Assembly: GCA_013239625.1 (NCBI GenBank)
Contig: MU054187.1
Span: 24,368,433-24,432,432, forward strand
Direction of reading: 5' to 3'
Length of the DNA: 64,000 bases
DNA from: Lama guanicoe
Taxonomy: Eukaryota
Part shown: positions 13,101-24,910 of the stretch, one piece after another
Layout of the letters: every line of letters starts with the position of its first letter
Numbering within the stretch: the stretch's first letter is position 1
Made by a program: the position numbers and the translations under genes
Notes under the pieces: generated by a model
Database searches by the model: none
Told to the model about the DNA's origin: nothing
The model's input: the letters and a program-made list of their open reading frames with translations, nothing else

Positions 13101-14234
13101 TTAGACTAAGGACAAATCAAGGATACGATATGTATGAAAAGCCTCCCTCCCCATCATGTGTCAGTCACGTGCTTGAAAGCCTTGCCTTCCCCATTAGATA
13201 GCATCTTCTTTAGGAAAGAGCTTATGGCTTTCTAGCCAGTGTACAGCACACACAATTGGAAATGTTCTATATTTATCTAACAGAAGCATGAATGCAAAAA
13301 TAAATAAGTGAAAGATATAAATAAATGAATAAATAAATGAGTGAAGTAAAATGAAAACCAAATAGGAGGCTGCATATTTTTTTTAACCTTAGAAAAGCAG
13401 ACAAGTTTTGAAAATCCAAAATGTCTATAGTAAGATTCCTTTGGCTGTTGAGAGGAGACTGTCAGATCTACAACAGATGCACAACTCAAGTCTCCTGCTG
13501 TCAATCTGATAAAATCCTGAATGCTTTCACATTAAAGATGCACACTAAATTTTTTTATATATTCACATCCTGCCTGTAGAATTACAGGATTGTATAAAAT
13601 TCTCTTTAAACTTTCTTGAGGGTAGAACTTAAGTAAAATCTTTTTAGAAAAATTTACAGAAACGTCACAAAAGAATGGACAATTGGTATGAATGCTAAAG
13701 ACTGGATTGGGCAGAGCATATCATATGTTTGAACTTCTGTTAAAAGATAACTAAATAGTTGCTTGAGATGTTTTGGGCACTCTTCCTTGACACTAATTTT
13801 TCTTAAAATGTGAACCAGGTGTAATATTCCAGATAACCCAACAAGCACAAGACACAACAAAATTACTAACTCTCTTAATAGACCTTGTGGTTGTAAATCT
13901 GTTCATTACACTAAATTTTAAAAGCTCTGTCATAAATCAGTCTTTGCCCAGCTTCTATATATACCTATGGACATGAGTGCACATGCATAAGATTGAAATT
14001 TAACACAGTGTCGCTTGAATTCCTATTAGACCTTATTTTCTTAAGTTTAGCCAATATTTCCACATTTTTAGGTCAAAACTCATTTTAATTCTGACATTTT
14101 CTAGGTCAGCTAACTTTCCTAGCTTTATGACAAGCACACATCTGACCACCACATCCACATCTCCACCCAAATGTTTACAGGAAAATCAAACAAGGCAAAA
14201 TCTAAGGGGAAGTTCTGCGGGGTGCCACTGGGTG

Positions 14235-15280
14235 AAGTCATCCTCAAACTTCATGTGCAAAAGAACTGCCCTGGGGAGCTTCTTTAAAATGCAGACATCT
14301 GGGCCTCTCCTCCAGTAAATCTGATTCAGTGGGTCTGGAGGAGGGCCTAGGAATATAAATTTTTAAGCAGCACCAGCAGAAATAAACGCTCATGAGAAAA
14401 TGAGAAAAAGCAAAGTCTATTTATTCAGAGCTTGCTATAGCCAGGGAGTCAGCCTCATTTCTCACATTTGACAGAGACTGGCAGAGGAGAAGAAAGGCTT
14501 TATAGTTCAGGGTGTGGGGGATAAAAAATGAAGACTTTTAGTGTATGGACTGAATATTTATGTCCTGTAAAATTTCTATGTGGAAATCCCAACCCCTAAT
14601 ATGATGTTATTAGGAAGTGGAGACTTTGGGTGATTAAGTCATGAGGGTAGAGCCCTTCTGAAAGAAACCACGGAGAGCTCCCTCACCCTTTTCCACCACA
14701 CGAAGACACAGCGAGAAGACTGTCTACGGACCAGGAAGCGGACTCCCACCAGACTCTGAATCTGCTAGGTTTGATCTCAGCCTCCGGAACTATAAGAAAT
14801 AAATGTTTACTGTTTAAGCCACCCAGTCTATGGCATTTTTGTTAAATCTTAGCCCCAAGAGCCTAAGATTTACGATGTTGTCTGATTGGAGGCCGTTGGC
14901 ATAGGGAAGATGCAGGCAGGCTAGGTAGAAGTCAGGCATCCTATGTGACTGGTAAGAAGTGCATGTTTGGATTTCTCCCATTGATCCTAAGTTGGAAGCA
15001 AGGGCAAAAATTAGGTCAGTTGTTAATCAAGCCCTGGCCACCCAAGGCCAGTGTTACAGGGGTCATTGTTTGTCTTCCTGGACCGTTTGATACAGACAGT
15101 AGTCCACCTTCCTGGAGCAGTTACAATAGCTGGAGGGTTAGCTTGCTAGGTTGATGGCTTCACATCATGGGTCAGAGTTCTCTTTTTATATATAGTCTAT
15201 AATCTCTGTCCATTTGTGTATTGTCTCCCACACTCCAGGAAATTCTGATACAAGAGGCTCCCAAGCGCTGCATGTAGACG
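14235..15280. mobile_element. Nested cluster: MER5-like MITE (14235-14372 and ~15232-15280) split by an ERV1 LTR (MER67-like, minus), itself split by an MLT1A-like LTR (~14542-14868, plus)
   Basis: MER5 halves flank the cluster; MLT1A motifs TGTATGGACTGAATATTTATGTCC and ATAAATGTTTACTGTTTAAGCCACCCAGTCTATGG; ERV1 LTR pieces lie on both sides of the MLT1A copy. Confidence 0.6.
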
Positions 15281-15769
15281 TGTAAAGCACTTATACTTAC
15301 TGTCCTGGTTGACTCTAGTTAAACTCTGTTCTCAGATAGTTGTCATTTACCCATGTGGCCCCAGTCCATGAGAATATTAAGACTAATGACCAGTTAGAAT
15401 AATAATCACTTATTTGTATGATTATTCACACAACATACAGTGTTTTCACATTCTTTTTCACATTTAATCTTCATACTGCCTTCATTTATGAGGAGCACTA
15501 TTCTATATTCCCAAGCTAGTGGATTCTGCTAGCATGTGATTACTTGCCACGGGGTGGACAGGTTACACCTAATAAATAGAAAGGAACAATGAAAGCACAG
15601 AAAGTTTTTCTAAATATATTTCATCATCAGAAGGAAGAGGTATGTATTACGGAGGAATTTATCCCAATATGACCACAGGAAAAATATATATATAATTTGA
15701 TAAAATTCTTGACCATATCTATTAGAATCATAAAGAAGGAAAACAAAACAAAACAAAACAAAACAAAAA

Positions 15770-16600
15770 CCTGACAATGCTAAGCGCAAGAGAAAAGGCA
15801 AAGAGACTGATATTTTCGTATGTTGCTAGTGGCAATGGAAAACGATCCAGGCGCTTTGGTTGGTTTCCGATTTGGAAAACAGTTTGGAAGTTTCTTATAA
15901 AGTTAAATATTCACCTACCATACAAACCAGCACCATCATTACCAGGTATTTACCCTGGTGAAATGAAGACTTATATTAATGAAAAAACTGGTATGCGAAC
16001 ATTTATAACAGCTTTATTTATACATGTCTGAACCAGCAATAACTCAAATGCCCTTTAAAAATTGGTGAATGGATAAATAAACTGGGCTGCATCCATGCAA
16101 TAAAATAATATTCTGCATTTAAAAGGAATAAACTATCGATTCAAAGAAAAACAGATGAGTCTTAAATGCATTTTGCTGAGGGAAAGGCCACATAGTTTAT
16201 GTTTCAATGTATATGACATTCTGGAAAAGGAAAAACTATGAAATGGAAAACATCAGTGGTTGCTAGGGATATGGAGAGTAGGAGGGAGAAATAAACCACA
16301 AAGGGGAGCATATAGGGATTCTGAGAATGGTAGAAATGCTCTTTAAGGGGCAATCACAGTGAATACATGACTCTATACATTTGTCAACCTTCACAGAACT
16401 TTATTCCACAAAGAATAAATGCTACTAATTGTAAATTTTTTAAAAATCAGACAAAATATACAGGGGATTCAAGATAGGATGCAATCTGTGACAAATGAAT
16501 TTAAACGTATTTGTTTAATAGGACAAACATGCAAATAAATTGTAAATAATGAAGAAGATGCCTGGAGGCCCTACTCTTGAGAAAAGAAAGCAAGATTTGA
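15770..16600 (+). mobile_element. Old L1 (L1MC/MD-like) ORF2 end and 3'UTR
   Basis: ORF 15777-16031 contains WKTVWKFLIKLNIHLPYKPA...LPGIYP, the L1 ORF2 C-terminal motif. Confidence 0.8.
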
Positions 16601-17374
16601 AAAGTAAGTAAAACGTAAAATTGTGCCCAGAAAATGGCAAAAAAAAAAAAGTTAGTAGTATGAACTTTGGGTCCTAGAGAATAAAACATTGATACCAAGG
16701 AACTGGGCGTTTCTGAACATGATACAGGTAATGCAACCTGTATTTCCTCCTGCTTTTGACTTAGAGCTTATCCACAGCAAGAGTGGTCAGTAATAAGATA
16801 AAAAATATATTAAACTGTTAACAAGTATTTCAAAATAGTAGCAATAAGCAAAGTCATCAATCAAAAATGTTTAAAATTTTAAACCACCATATAGCAAGAT
16901 CCTATCACTATTGAAGACAGTGTACTGGATACAACTGAAGATGGTAAAATATATACATGCCAAGTGATCAGTGGTGATGGTCTTCCTGGAGATGGCACAT
17001 TGTAGAATGAAAATAAAGAACTTGTAGCTTATGAACAATGAGTTTGCTCTTGTTCTTTTCAGTGGTATTGGAGTAGACGAAACAAAGAAGACTTTGTTAC
17101 CTGATGTATATACAATCATTTTTAACCCATCATAAATGAGGAGACTCCCTCCCCTCATTTAGCCTTGTGTTTCAGAGGTGGGATCTGCTGTGCAGAGTTG
17201 CCGTTTCCCTAAGCACTTTCACCGAATTGTGCGAGCCATTTCCATCATACTTTGAGTCATTCTGGCTGTCATTTAATTACAGAATTAGTGAGTGTTTTAT
17301 AATTCCACAAAAATGTTGCTGTGTGGAGCCTATGGTTTTTATCAGAAATGCAAAGCGAGGAAACCATGACACCT

Positions 17375-17560
17375 TAAGAGTGATAGCTTTGAAGTCAGAA
17401 TTTTGAGTCCCGGTCTTGCCACTTTCGTGTTGTGGACAAAAAGACTCACTTACTCTGGACTTTTTGCTTGATCACCAAATGCTGTGATAATCCCTTCCCT
17501 GGTTATTCCACAGGGTTGTCATGAGGAGTATGTGAAACTGTGAAAGCATTAAGGCTTTGT
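17375..17560 (+). mobile_element. MIR fragment
   Basis: CTTTGAAGTCAGAATTTTGAGTCCCGGTCTTGCCACTT...CAGGGTTGTCATGAGGA. Confidence 0.6.
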
Positions 17561-17590
17561 ATTCTCATTACTTGAAAACTATACAAATGA

Positions 17591-17779
17591 GGGGGGAGGG
17601 TAAATCTCAAGTGATAGAGCGCATGCTTAGCATGCACAAGGTCCTGGGTTCAATCCCCAGTGCTGCCTCCAAAAATAAATAAATGAATAAACCTAATTAC
17701 TGCCCTTCCCCCCAAAAAACCTAAATAAATAAAGTCACCTAGAAAATGTAAAGAAAAACAAGGAATGAATTTTTAAAAA
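17591..17779 (+). mobile_element. tRNA-Ala-derived SINE (vic-1-like), full length
   Basis: GGGGGAGGGTAAATCTCAAGTGATAGAGCGCATGCTTAGCATGCACAAGGTCCTGGGTTCAATCCCCAG; perfect 16-bp TSD AAAACTATACAAATGA at 17575-17590 and 17780-17795. Confidence 0.93.
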
Positions 17780-18826
17780 AAAACTATACAAATGACAGTT
17801 GCTATGATGACTATAAGTATTAACAAGAAATTCTTGACATGAATGAAAAATCAAAGAAACATTTTCTTATATTGATAGAAACATTACATAATGATTGATG
17901 ATTGACTTGATACATTGGTCAAATAATGTGATTCTGAAAATCAATATGATCAAAATCTCTTCTTTCAATTATAAACTATTCAATTAAAAAATAGAAGTAA
18001 ATTATAGTGTAGTAACTCAATTAAAACTTATAAGTATCAAAAAGTATGAAAAAGAATGGAAGTCATAATACCTCCCCTTTTTATTTTACTTAACTAAGAA
18101 ATAAACAAAGCATACACATTCATTCACAGCAAGACATTGGAAATTATTCTTCAAAGTGTACCTCTGGTTGTTAGAAGGGTATTAAAGCTGAATATAAAAG
18201 AAATGAGTTATTGATGGTAGAATTCTATCATCAGGGAGAGGCTGGCCTCTTTTCAATCACACCAGGTGGGCAATTTTGTGTTCTTACAAAGAGCTAAATC
18301 TGCTTTTGTCAAGTCAATGAAAGCAAATAAAACAAGGATTCTTTTGCTAATTCTGGAGGCCATATGACGTAAAGAGAAATCACTAGCAAGAGAATAAAGA
18401 GGCCTTATTTCTAGTCTCAGTTCTGCCCTGTCATCGGCAACTCTGGACCTTAAATTTCTTCAGCAATAACACTGCCCTACCTACTCCAAAGAGTGAGTAT
18501 AAGTAGTGGTCAAGAGACCAATACCTACACACATAAAGAAAATGTTCGGCATGTAAGAACATGTGGAGAATATAGTTCAGACGGAAAGCATCATGTATGT
18601 CCAAGTCAGATACATACTGGGAGACATTTAAAAGCAGCATAACCAGAGAAGAAGGGATTTCCTTCCTTTTCTTTCTCCTGGTTTTCAGCCACTCAGTGGT
18701 ATGGATGGATTGAAAGCAGGCATTTATGTTCTGCTCCTGAGACCTAAGAAGGGTTTACCGAATTACTTGCAATTCACAACCACAGCACTGTTGGAAGAAT
18801 CTGGCAAATCTAGTTCTAACAGATAA

Positions 18827-19342
18827 TATGAATGAAAAACATTGCCTGTCGTATTGTTAAACAAAGAATGCTGTTGTGGCCATCAAGTCACCAGCCGCTG
18901 CTGTCGCCCTCGACAGGGAGCAGGAAGGAACTCAGGGTGGAGACAAGTGGTCAGTCCAGCCTTTGCAGACACTCTCAACAGCACACCCTGAGGGAACTCG
19001 GGATGGGAAAGAACGGGATACTGGCCCTAGATGGCTAAGGTGCAGATCAAAGGAATGATTTCACTGAGGCCAGACTTTAGCACTTCGCATACATTCAAAA
19101 AACTAAAACTAAATTCCTCAACTTGAGATATCTGGCTTTCTTTAATTAACAGCAATCTTCTAATGTTCCAGCTACCTGATCTTTTTTTTTCTGTACAAAA
19201 ACCCCTTTATATACTCCCTTGCCTCTGTGGAGCAGTCTCTTAGAGCTATCTGAGAGGCGGCCTCCCAGGTTCAAGTCCTCAGAAAGTTCACCAAATAAAA
19301 ACTAAATCTCAACTTTTAGACTGTGTGTCTTTTTAGACAACA
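18827..19342 (+). mobile_element. ERV1-class solo LTR
   Basis: TATATA box near 19208, AATAAA near 19293, ends in CAACA; imperfect 4-bp TSD ATAA/ACAA. Confidence 0.65.
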
Positions 19343-19392
19343 ACAAAAAAGGTAAAATCTCTGCCCTCATACCATATATATTTATGTGGAAG

Positions 19393-19813
19393 ACTATATT
19401 AGGTCATAGACTGACATGGAGATTTGCTTGCGAAAATCTTATTGAGGACGGCTCTGGGAAACAGCATTGCTAATAGAATAAGGGCAGCAGAACTGGGCAG
19501 AGAGAGGAGTGGAGTTACAACACAGTTATAACAGAGCCTTCAGTCACCTCCATAGAGTGCTCCAGGGCAGGGACAACTCTCCAGAGTTGCCTTTAAGTGA
19601 GAAAATGAACCCCCCCACCATAAACCAGTCATTGGATGGAAATTATCCCTGGAGAGGATGTATCACCCCAGGTACCTTCAGGTCGAGGGCAGTTCTCAAG
19701 AGAGAGAGATACAGCTGTGTGTCCTTTATACCCAACACTCCCCTTAGCCAATGGTATAAATGTGATTTATTCTGAAGAAGAAATCTGGGCTGCATATTAA
19801 ATCATCCACTACA
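19393..19813 (-). mobile_element. ERVL LTR16-like LTR
   Basis: GGCAGCAGAACTGGGCAGAGAGAGGAG...CAGTCATTGGATG...CATCCACTACA. Confidence 0.6.
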
Positions 19814-20267
19814 GACAAAGTCTAAAGAAATAAAATTAAAATCTGAAACAGTTGTGTAAGACCTGCAATGCTTTAGCCGCAGTTGATGGACCAATTATAA
19901 AATGAGTCACATAAGGCAGCAGAGAGGGAGCACTTTTCTAATTCTTGTCCCTTATTTGAGTCTCTCCTCTAACCAAAATTACTTATCTCTCAAAACTTCC
20001 TGTTAAAATGTAAGTGGGGCCCTTGAAAATTGTGAGGCACAGATCTAAAGACACCAATGACCACTTTGAGACTAGAATAAAGATACATATATGTACACGG
20101 ACTATGGTGCAGGTGAGTATTCTCACTGGGTAATTACAGTGGAGGGTTGTGGCCCACCAAAGGACCTTGGGAGGGCAGTGATTACTTTAGAAGAAAACAG
20201 GAAACTGCGGGAGCCATCTAAGGGAGAGAAAGAGCATGTAAGTCCAAGTTGATACTCCGCCGTATTT

Positions 20268-20440
20268 TTACGGCCAGCCCTGCTGCTCATGAGCCCTGTT
20301 CTGAATATTCCATTTCTGTCTGACTGCATTCTGTCGTCCTGCCCCCCGGTGGCAGCTGCTCCACACTTGGCAAACTCTGTGGGTGATGCAAGGATTTGTT
20401 TGCCTTTGCTCTGAAGCTCTGTGACACTTGTTCTTACATT
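20268..20440 (-). other. Candidate exon in unique sequence (strong 3' splice acceptor; 3' end undefined)
   Basis: Minus strand TTTTTTTCTCTTTCTGTTGCCTCTATCAG|AATGTAAG; two frames stay open for 57 or more codons; no repeat recognised. Confidence 0.3.
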
Positions 20441-21379
20441 CTGATAGAGGCAACAGAAAGAGAAAAAAATGCATAACATGATCAACTACCATTCTCAAAA
20501 ACAGGCTAGCTTGATGTGTTTTCCCTTAACTGCAATTAAATATTTTTTTAATAGTGAACGCCAAATCGGTGCAATGGTCCAGAAGAAAAATAGAGAAAAC
20601 AAAGCTAGCAGCCTCCATGCGGCAATCCCAGTTGTGTTTGGGTATAATCATTAACTTCGCTGTCTGAGAATTTACAGGGAATACGATGTTATTCTCCAAC
20701 ATTATTCAGAAACCTTGCAAATGAGGCCTCTGTCAAGTGCTTTCAAGATGTGCACTCAAAAATTCTGGATAAGGATTAGGAAGTTTTCAAGGTGGGATTG
20801 TGAAATAGTATTTGTTTTTTTCAGAACATACTCAGCCTATGTTCTAAAGAAGACAGAGGCAAGAAGAAAGTAAAGCCTTTCAGGCCACAGTCTATGGTTT
20901 TATAAAGATGAGTTTTCCTCAGAGACTGTGACTTGAACTGCATCAATTCTATTTTATATATGTTAGCTGCATTTTTAAATCATTTTTCAATTTCCAGACA
21001 CAGACAACCACTGTTTTAAAGAACTAAAACTCCTTGTTCTCTCTCCTTCCTACCATTGCAGCTTTTTATTTTCACAGACACAACCAGATTAGCTAAGGTT
21101 TTAAGTTCAAATACACCTGTGGGTTGCTGGCCAGAAGAATCTTAGAAAGATCTGTTTGATGTTATTATTTACATGAAATAAGGATTACTTTCTGTACAGC
21201 TTGCATTCTTTGTTGCTAATTTAAAAATATACTACAAGTAGTGCCTTAATTTTTCTCTTTCAATTTACTTTTACTACGCTGTTAAGTATTTCCTTACCCC
21301 AAATTAGGTAATTTTTTTTCACCTTGGGGGATCTCGGTTATACTCTGGGTCATTTTATATTTTTCTTTGTTTCTTTCTT

Positions 21380-21493
21380 TTTCTTTCTTTCTTGTCTTTT
21401 TTTCTGGTTCTATGGTAGCAGTTTCCACTACTCTGTCTTCTAGCTCACTGATAATTCTGCTGCCTCATTAAGTCTACTATTGGTTCCTCCCAG
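21380..21493 (-). mobile_element. L1 fragment (ORF1 region), host of the ERV insertion
   Basis: TTTCCACTACTCTGTCTTCTAGCTCACTGAT...TAAGTCTACTATTGGTTCCTCCCAGTG resembles antisense L1 ORF1. Confidence 0.55.
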
Positions 21494-22145
21494 TGTTAGA
21501 GCAGGCAAATGGCTAGATATGAGCAGGGAAAGGGGGACACAGACCTAGTGGCAGAAATTGGGCAGAAAGGAGGGGCACAAGCCAAATGCAGGAAACATAA
21601 TGTAAGCATCAGGGTTCCCTGGGCAGAGAAAGAAAAGCAGGAATCTCTGGGCTGATAAGTGGTCACATGTTTGGGGGTGATAAGTGGCCAGGAGGCCAAC
21701 AAAGAAAGGTGGGAAAAGGCAGGACTTTCCAGTGTCCAAATGTAACCTTTTGCTCATTATGCCCTCATTGCAATAAAGTTAGCCTTGCAGAATAGAAGTA
21801 CCCATCATGCACCAATGCCATGACACTTCTAATCCAGACCAAATAAGGACAAAAATCTCTCCTCCCTTTGGGAAGGTGGAGTTGGAATAAAAGTCGGGGA
21901 ATATGACCCCAAACCCTTCCTTCCACAATGAATATTCCACCTGTTCATTTTCACACCCTACATAACCAACTTGCCAAAGGAACTCAGGGCAGCTGCTCAC
22001 CTGAGCCTGCCCGCTCTGTCCTGGAAGGTGTACTGTCCATCCTTTAATAAATGCCCATTTTACTTTTTAACCACTATGTCTTTTCTCTGAATTCTTTCTG
22101 GGATGGGACGAGAACCTGGAACACTGGTTACATTCACCTGCAACA
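21494..22145 (+). mobile_element. 5' LTR of a truncated ERV1-class provirus
   Basis: TG...CA termini, AATAAA at 22046-22051, followed 4 nt later by a tRNA primer-binding site. Confidence 0.85.
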
Positions 22146-22149
22146 TCTT

Positions 22150-22167
22150 TGGCCAGCCAGCCAGGAG
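22150..22167 (+). promoter_or_regulatory. Retroviral primer-binding site, tRNA-Arg(ACG)
   Basis: TGGCCAGCCAGCCAGGAG matches 17/18 to TGGCGAGCCAGCCAGGAG, the complement of the tRNA-Arg(ACG) 3' end; probable major splice donor TTG|GTAAGC at 22181. Confidence 0.85.
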
Positions 22168-22584
22168 ATCAGGAGATTTGGTAAGCCAAGGCCTCTCACC
22201 TCCCTTGAGCTTGAGAGGCACTGACTGACTATCTCTCTGCCTCTCTGTCTCTCTCTCTGCCTTTCTGTCTCTCATGCTTTCTTATCATCTGTCACCTCTT
22301 TCAGATGTGCTGCCACAAAAATGTAGGCAGGAGTTGAGCATGTAACAGCCTGTAGGGTGCTCGCCACTAAAAAGTCACTCTATTGAGGGCAAGGGGGTCA
22401 TGAAACGGACTAGAGAGGCAATAAGTCTGTCTGGCTATCACAGGAGGATTTCCACACCACATTCTCTAGGTGCACAGCTAAAAGCATAGCATGGCTCCCT
22501 CCCTGAGGCTACCCTTGTAGCTTATTGTTGGTCCACCTATGCTTGACTCTCCTTGTCTCCTCTCCCTGCCTCCATCTCACTTTC

Positions 22585-23597
22585 TTTTCTTTTTTTTTTT
22601 TTAGTTGAAGTATAGTCAGTTTACAATGCTGTGTCAATTTCTGGTGTACAACACAATGCTTCAGTCATACATGAATATACATATATTCATCTTCATATTC
22701 TTTTTCACTGTGAGCTACTACAAGATGTCAAACATAGTTCCCTGTGTTATACAGTATAAACTTCTTTACCTAGTTTATATATACCAGTCAGTATCTGCAA
22801 ATCTCTATTTGTCCCAATTTGTCCCTTCCCACCCTCTTCACCCCGGTAACCATAAGTTTGTTTTCTATATCTATGGAGCCTGTTTCTGTTTTGTAAATAA
22901 GTTCATTTGTCTTTTTTTTTTTTTTGGTTCTACATATAAGTGATATCATATGGTAGTTTTCTTTCTCTTTTTGGCTTACTTCACTTAGAATGACATTCTC
23001 CAGGGACATCCATGTTGCTGCAAATGGCGTTATTTTACAATTTTTATGGCTGAGTAGTATTCCATTGTATAAATATACCACTGCTTCTTTATCCAGTCAT
23101 CTGTTGATGGACATTTAGGTTGTTTCCATCTCTTGGCTATTGTAAATAGTGCTGCTATGAACACTGGGGAACAGGTATATTTTTGAATTAAGGTTCCCTC
23201 TGGATATTTGCCCAGGACTGGTATTGCTGGATCATATGATAAGTCTATTTTTAGTCTTTTGCGGAATCTCCATAGTGTTTTCCACAGTGACTGCACCAAA
23301 CTGCATTCCCACCAAAAGTGTAGGAGGGTTCTCTTTTCTCCACACCCTCTCCAGCATTTATTGTTTGTGGACTTTTGAATGATGGCCATTCTGACTGGCA
23401 TGAGGCTTAATTTCCAGGCTATAAACAGCTCATACAATTTAATAAGAAAAAAACAAACAACCCAATCCAAAAATGGGCAGAAGACCTTAACAAGCAATTC
23501 TCCAATGAAGACATAAAATGGCCAATAAGCACATGAAAAAATGCTCAATATTGCTAATTATCAGAAAAATGCAAATCAAAACTACCATGAGGTATCA
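22585..23597 (-). mobile_element. Young L1 with 5' inversion (twin priming), inserted in the ERV leader
   Basis: 3' part on the minus strand at 22585-23405 (ORF2 C-terminus [19 protein letters not shown], poly-T at left); inverted part on the plus strand at 23406-23597; probable TSD CACTTTC at 22578-22584 and 23601-23607. Confidence 0.88.
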
Positions 23598-24619
23598 GTG
23601 CACTTTCATGTCTTACTCTGTGAAAAAGGGTGGGGGAATGAGGAACTTACCAAGCACTTCCCAAACCTTGCCACTAGGTTTTCATTGTTATATATGCACA
23701 GGGCTTGATTAAAAAAAAAAAAAAATTCCCAGCATCTCTCACAGGCAGCTAAGGACCCAAACTATAGGAAATTTGCCCTCTGGGCTTCAAAAATAAATGC
23801 AGCCTTAAATAGACAGGCTGTAAAAGAGTTCACACAGTGGCTGAAGCCACTACTACCACCAAAGTCCCTGTGGGAGCTCCCCCCACCACAAGTGCTCTAT
23901 GGACTGTACCCCCAGTGTTGGTAGGGGTACAGTCCCACACCACATGGTGGGGTTAGGGTCATCTTTCACCACCTGCCACAGAGCAGGGTCAACTCCCTCC
24001 ATGGTTCGTCGTGGGTCCAAGGTCTGCGCCCACGCCCACTCCTGCCTTACACTCTTGGGGTGGGGCAGCAGCACCAGCGCCTTGCCCTTGGCTGTGCCCA
24101 CTAACACTGAGCTTGGCATTTGCCACCTGGGGACCTCAGGGCTAAAAAACAAAGATCCTCCCAGGGGCACCAGGCCCTCCATTCCCCCTCAGTACAGGCG
24201 GGATGCCTCCACCTGGCACCACCAGAACCCTTCCCACCAGGGCCAGCCCCGTGCCCACTGGGGGGAGTGCATGCGGGAGGGGGAGAGTGGAAAAGGGGGT
24301 GCTGAGGCTCAGGGGGCATTGCCCACAAAAAAAAAAAAAGCTTGTCCCACACATCACCTAAGCCTGCAGGAAGGTCCCTGTCCTGGGTTCTGCAGACGCC
24401 AGGACAGGACACAGTGAGCTCCCAGGATGCTGGGGCAAACACAGCAGGCTGCCATATGGGGGGTCACTACCCCTACATTTGCCAGGGTCAGTGGGCTTCG
24501 GTGGACAGGGATGCCTGGAACCAGTCCTGTCTTAAGGAGTCCCCAGGGGACCTTCTAAGGTTAGTGCTCTTCTCTGTCACAAGAGCACTCTGTCCCTGAA
24601 AGATAGATTTAAAAAACTC

Positions 24620-24910
24620 TCCTCCATCCCCAAGGACTCACCCCATCTCTTGCATGCAATCTGAGACACTGGGACAAGTTTTCTCTAGATTCTTTTAAAC
24701 AGAACAGCTCATTTTCTTTTGTAACACAGCCTGGCCCCAATATAAACGTGGGGACAATAAGGCCTGGTGAAAAATTACAATCTCAATTTTAACACTGTCC
24801 TGCAGATAGACTTTTTTTTTTTGCAAAATACAAGAAAAATGGACAAAAGTTCCTTACATTTAGTCCTTTATGGCCCTAAGAGAAAACCCGGAACTATACA
24901 AGGGAACTTT
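24620..24910 (+). pseudogene. gag: Decayed ERV gag matrix (MA) region, ERV9/HERV-W-like
   Basis: Across frameshifts and stops: SSIPKDSP..CNLRHWDKFSLDS..LIFFCNTAWPQYKRGDNKAW*..LNFNTVLQIDFFCKIQEKWTKVPYI*SFMALRENPELYKG, matching the class I ERV MA motifs LIFFCNTAWPQY and KW.EVPY.Q.FMAL. Confidence 0.85.

Noticed and set aside
17591..17670. tRNA-Ala-like gene (also at 6800-6872, 10850-10925 and 60204-60275)
   Set aside because: Degenerate stems, A-rich tails and TSDs show these are SINE copies, not functional tRNA genes
23853..24599. Several 60-172 aa overlapping ORFs as a real gene
   Set aside because: Stop-codon scarcity is expected from the high GC content; no domain recognised; the block lies within the ERV leader
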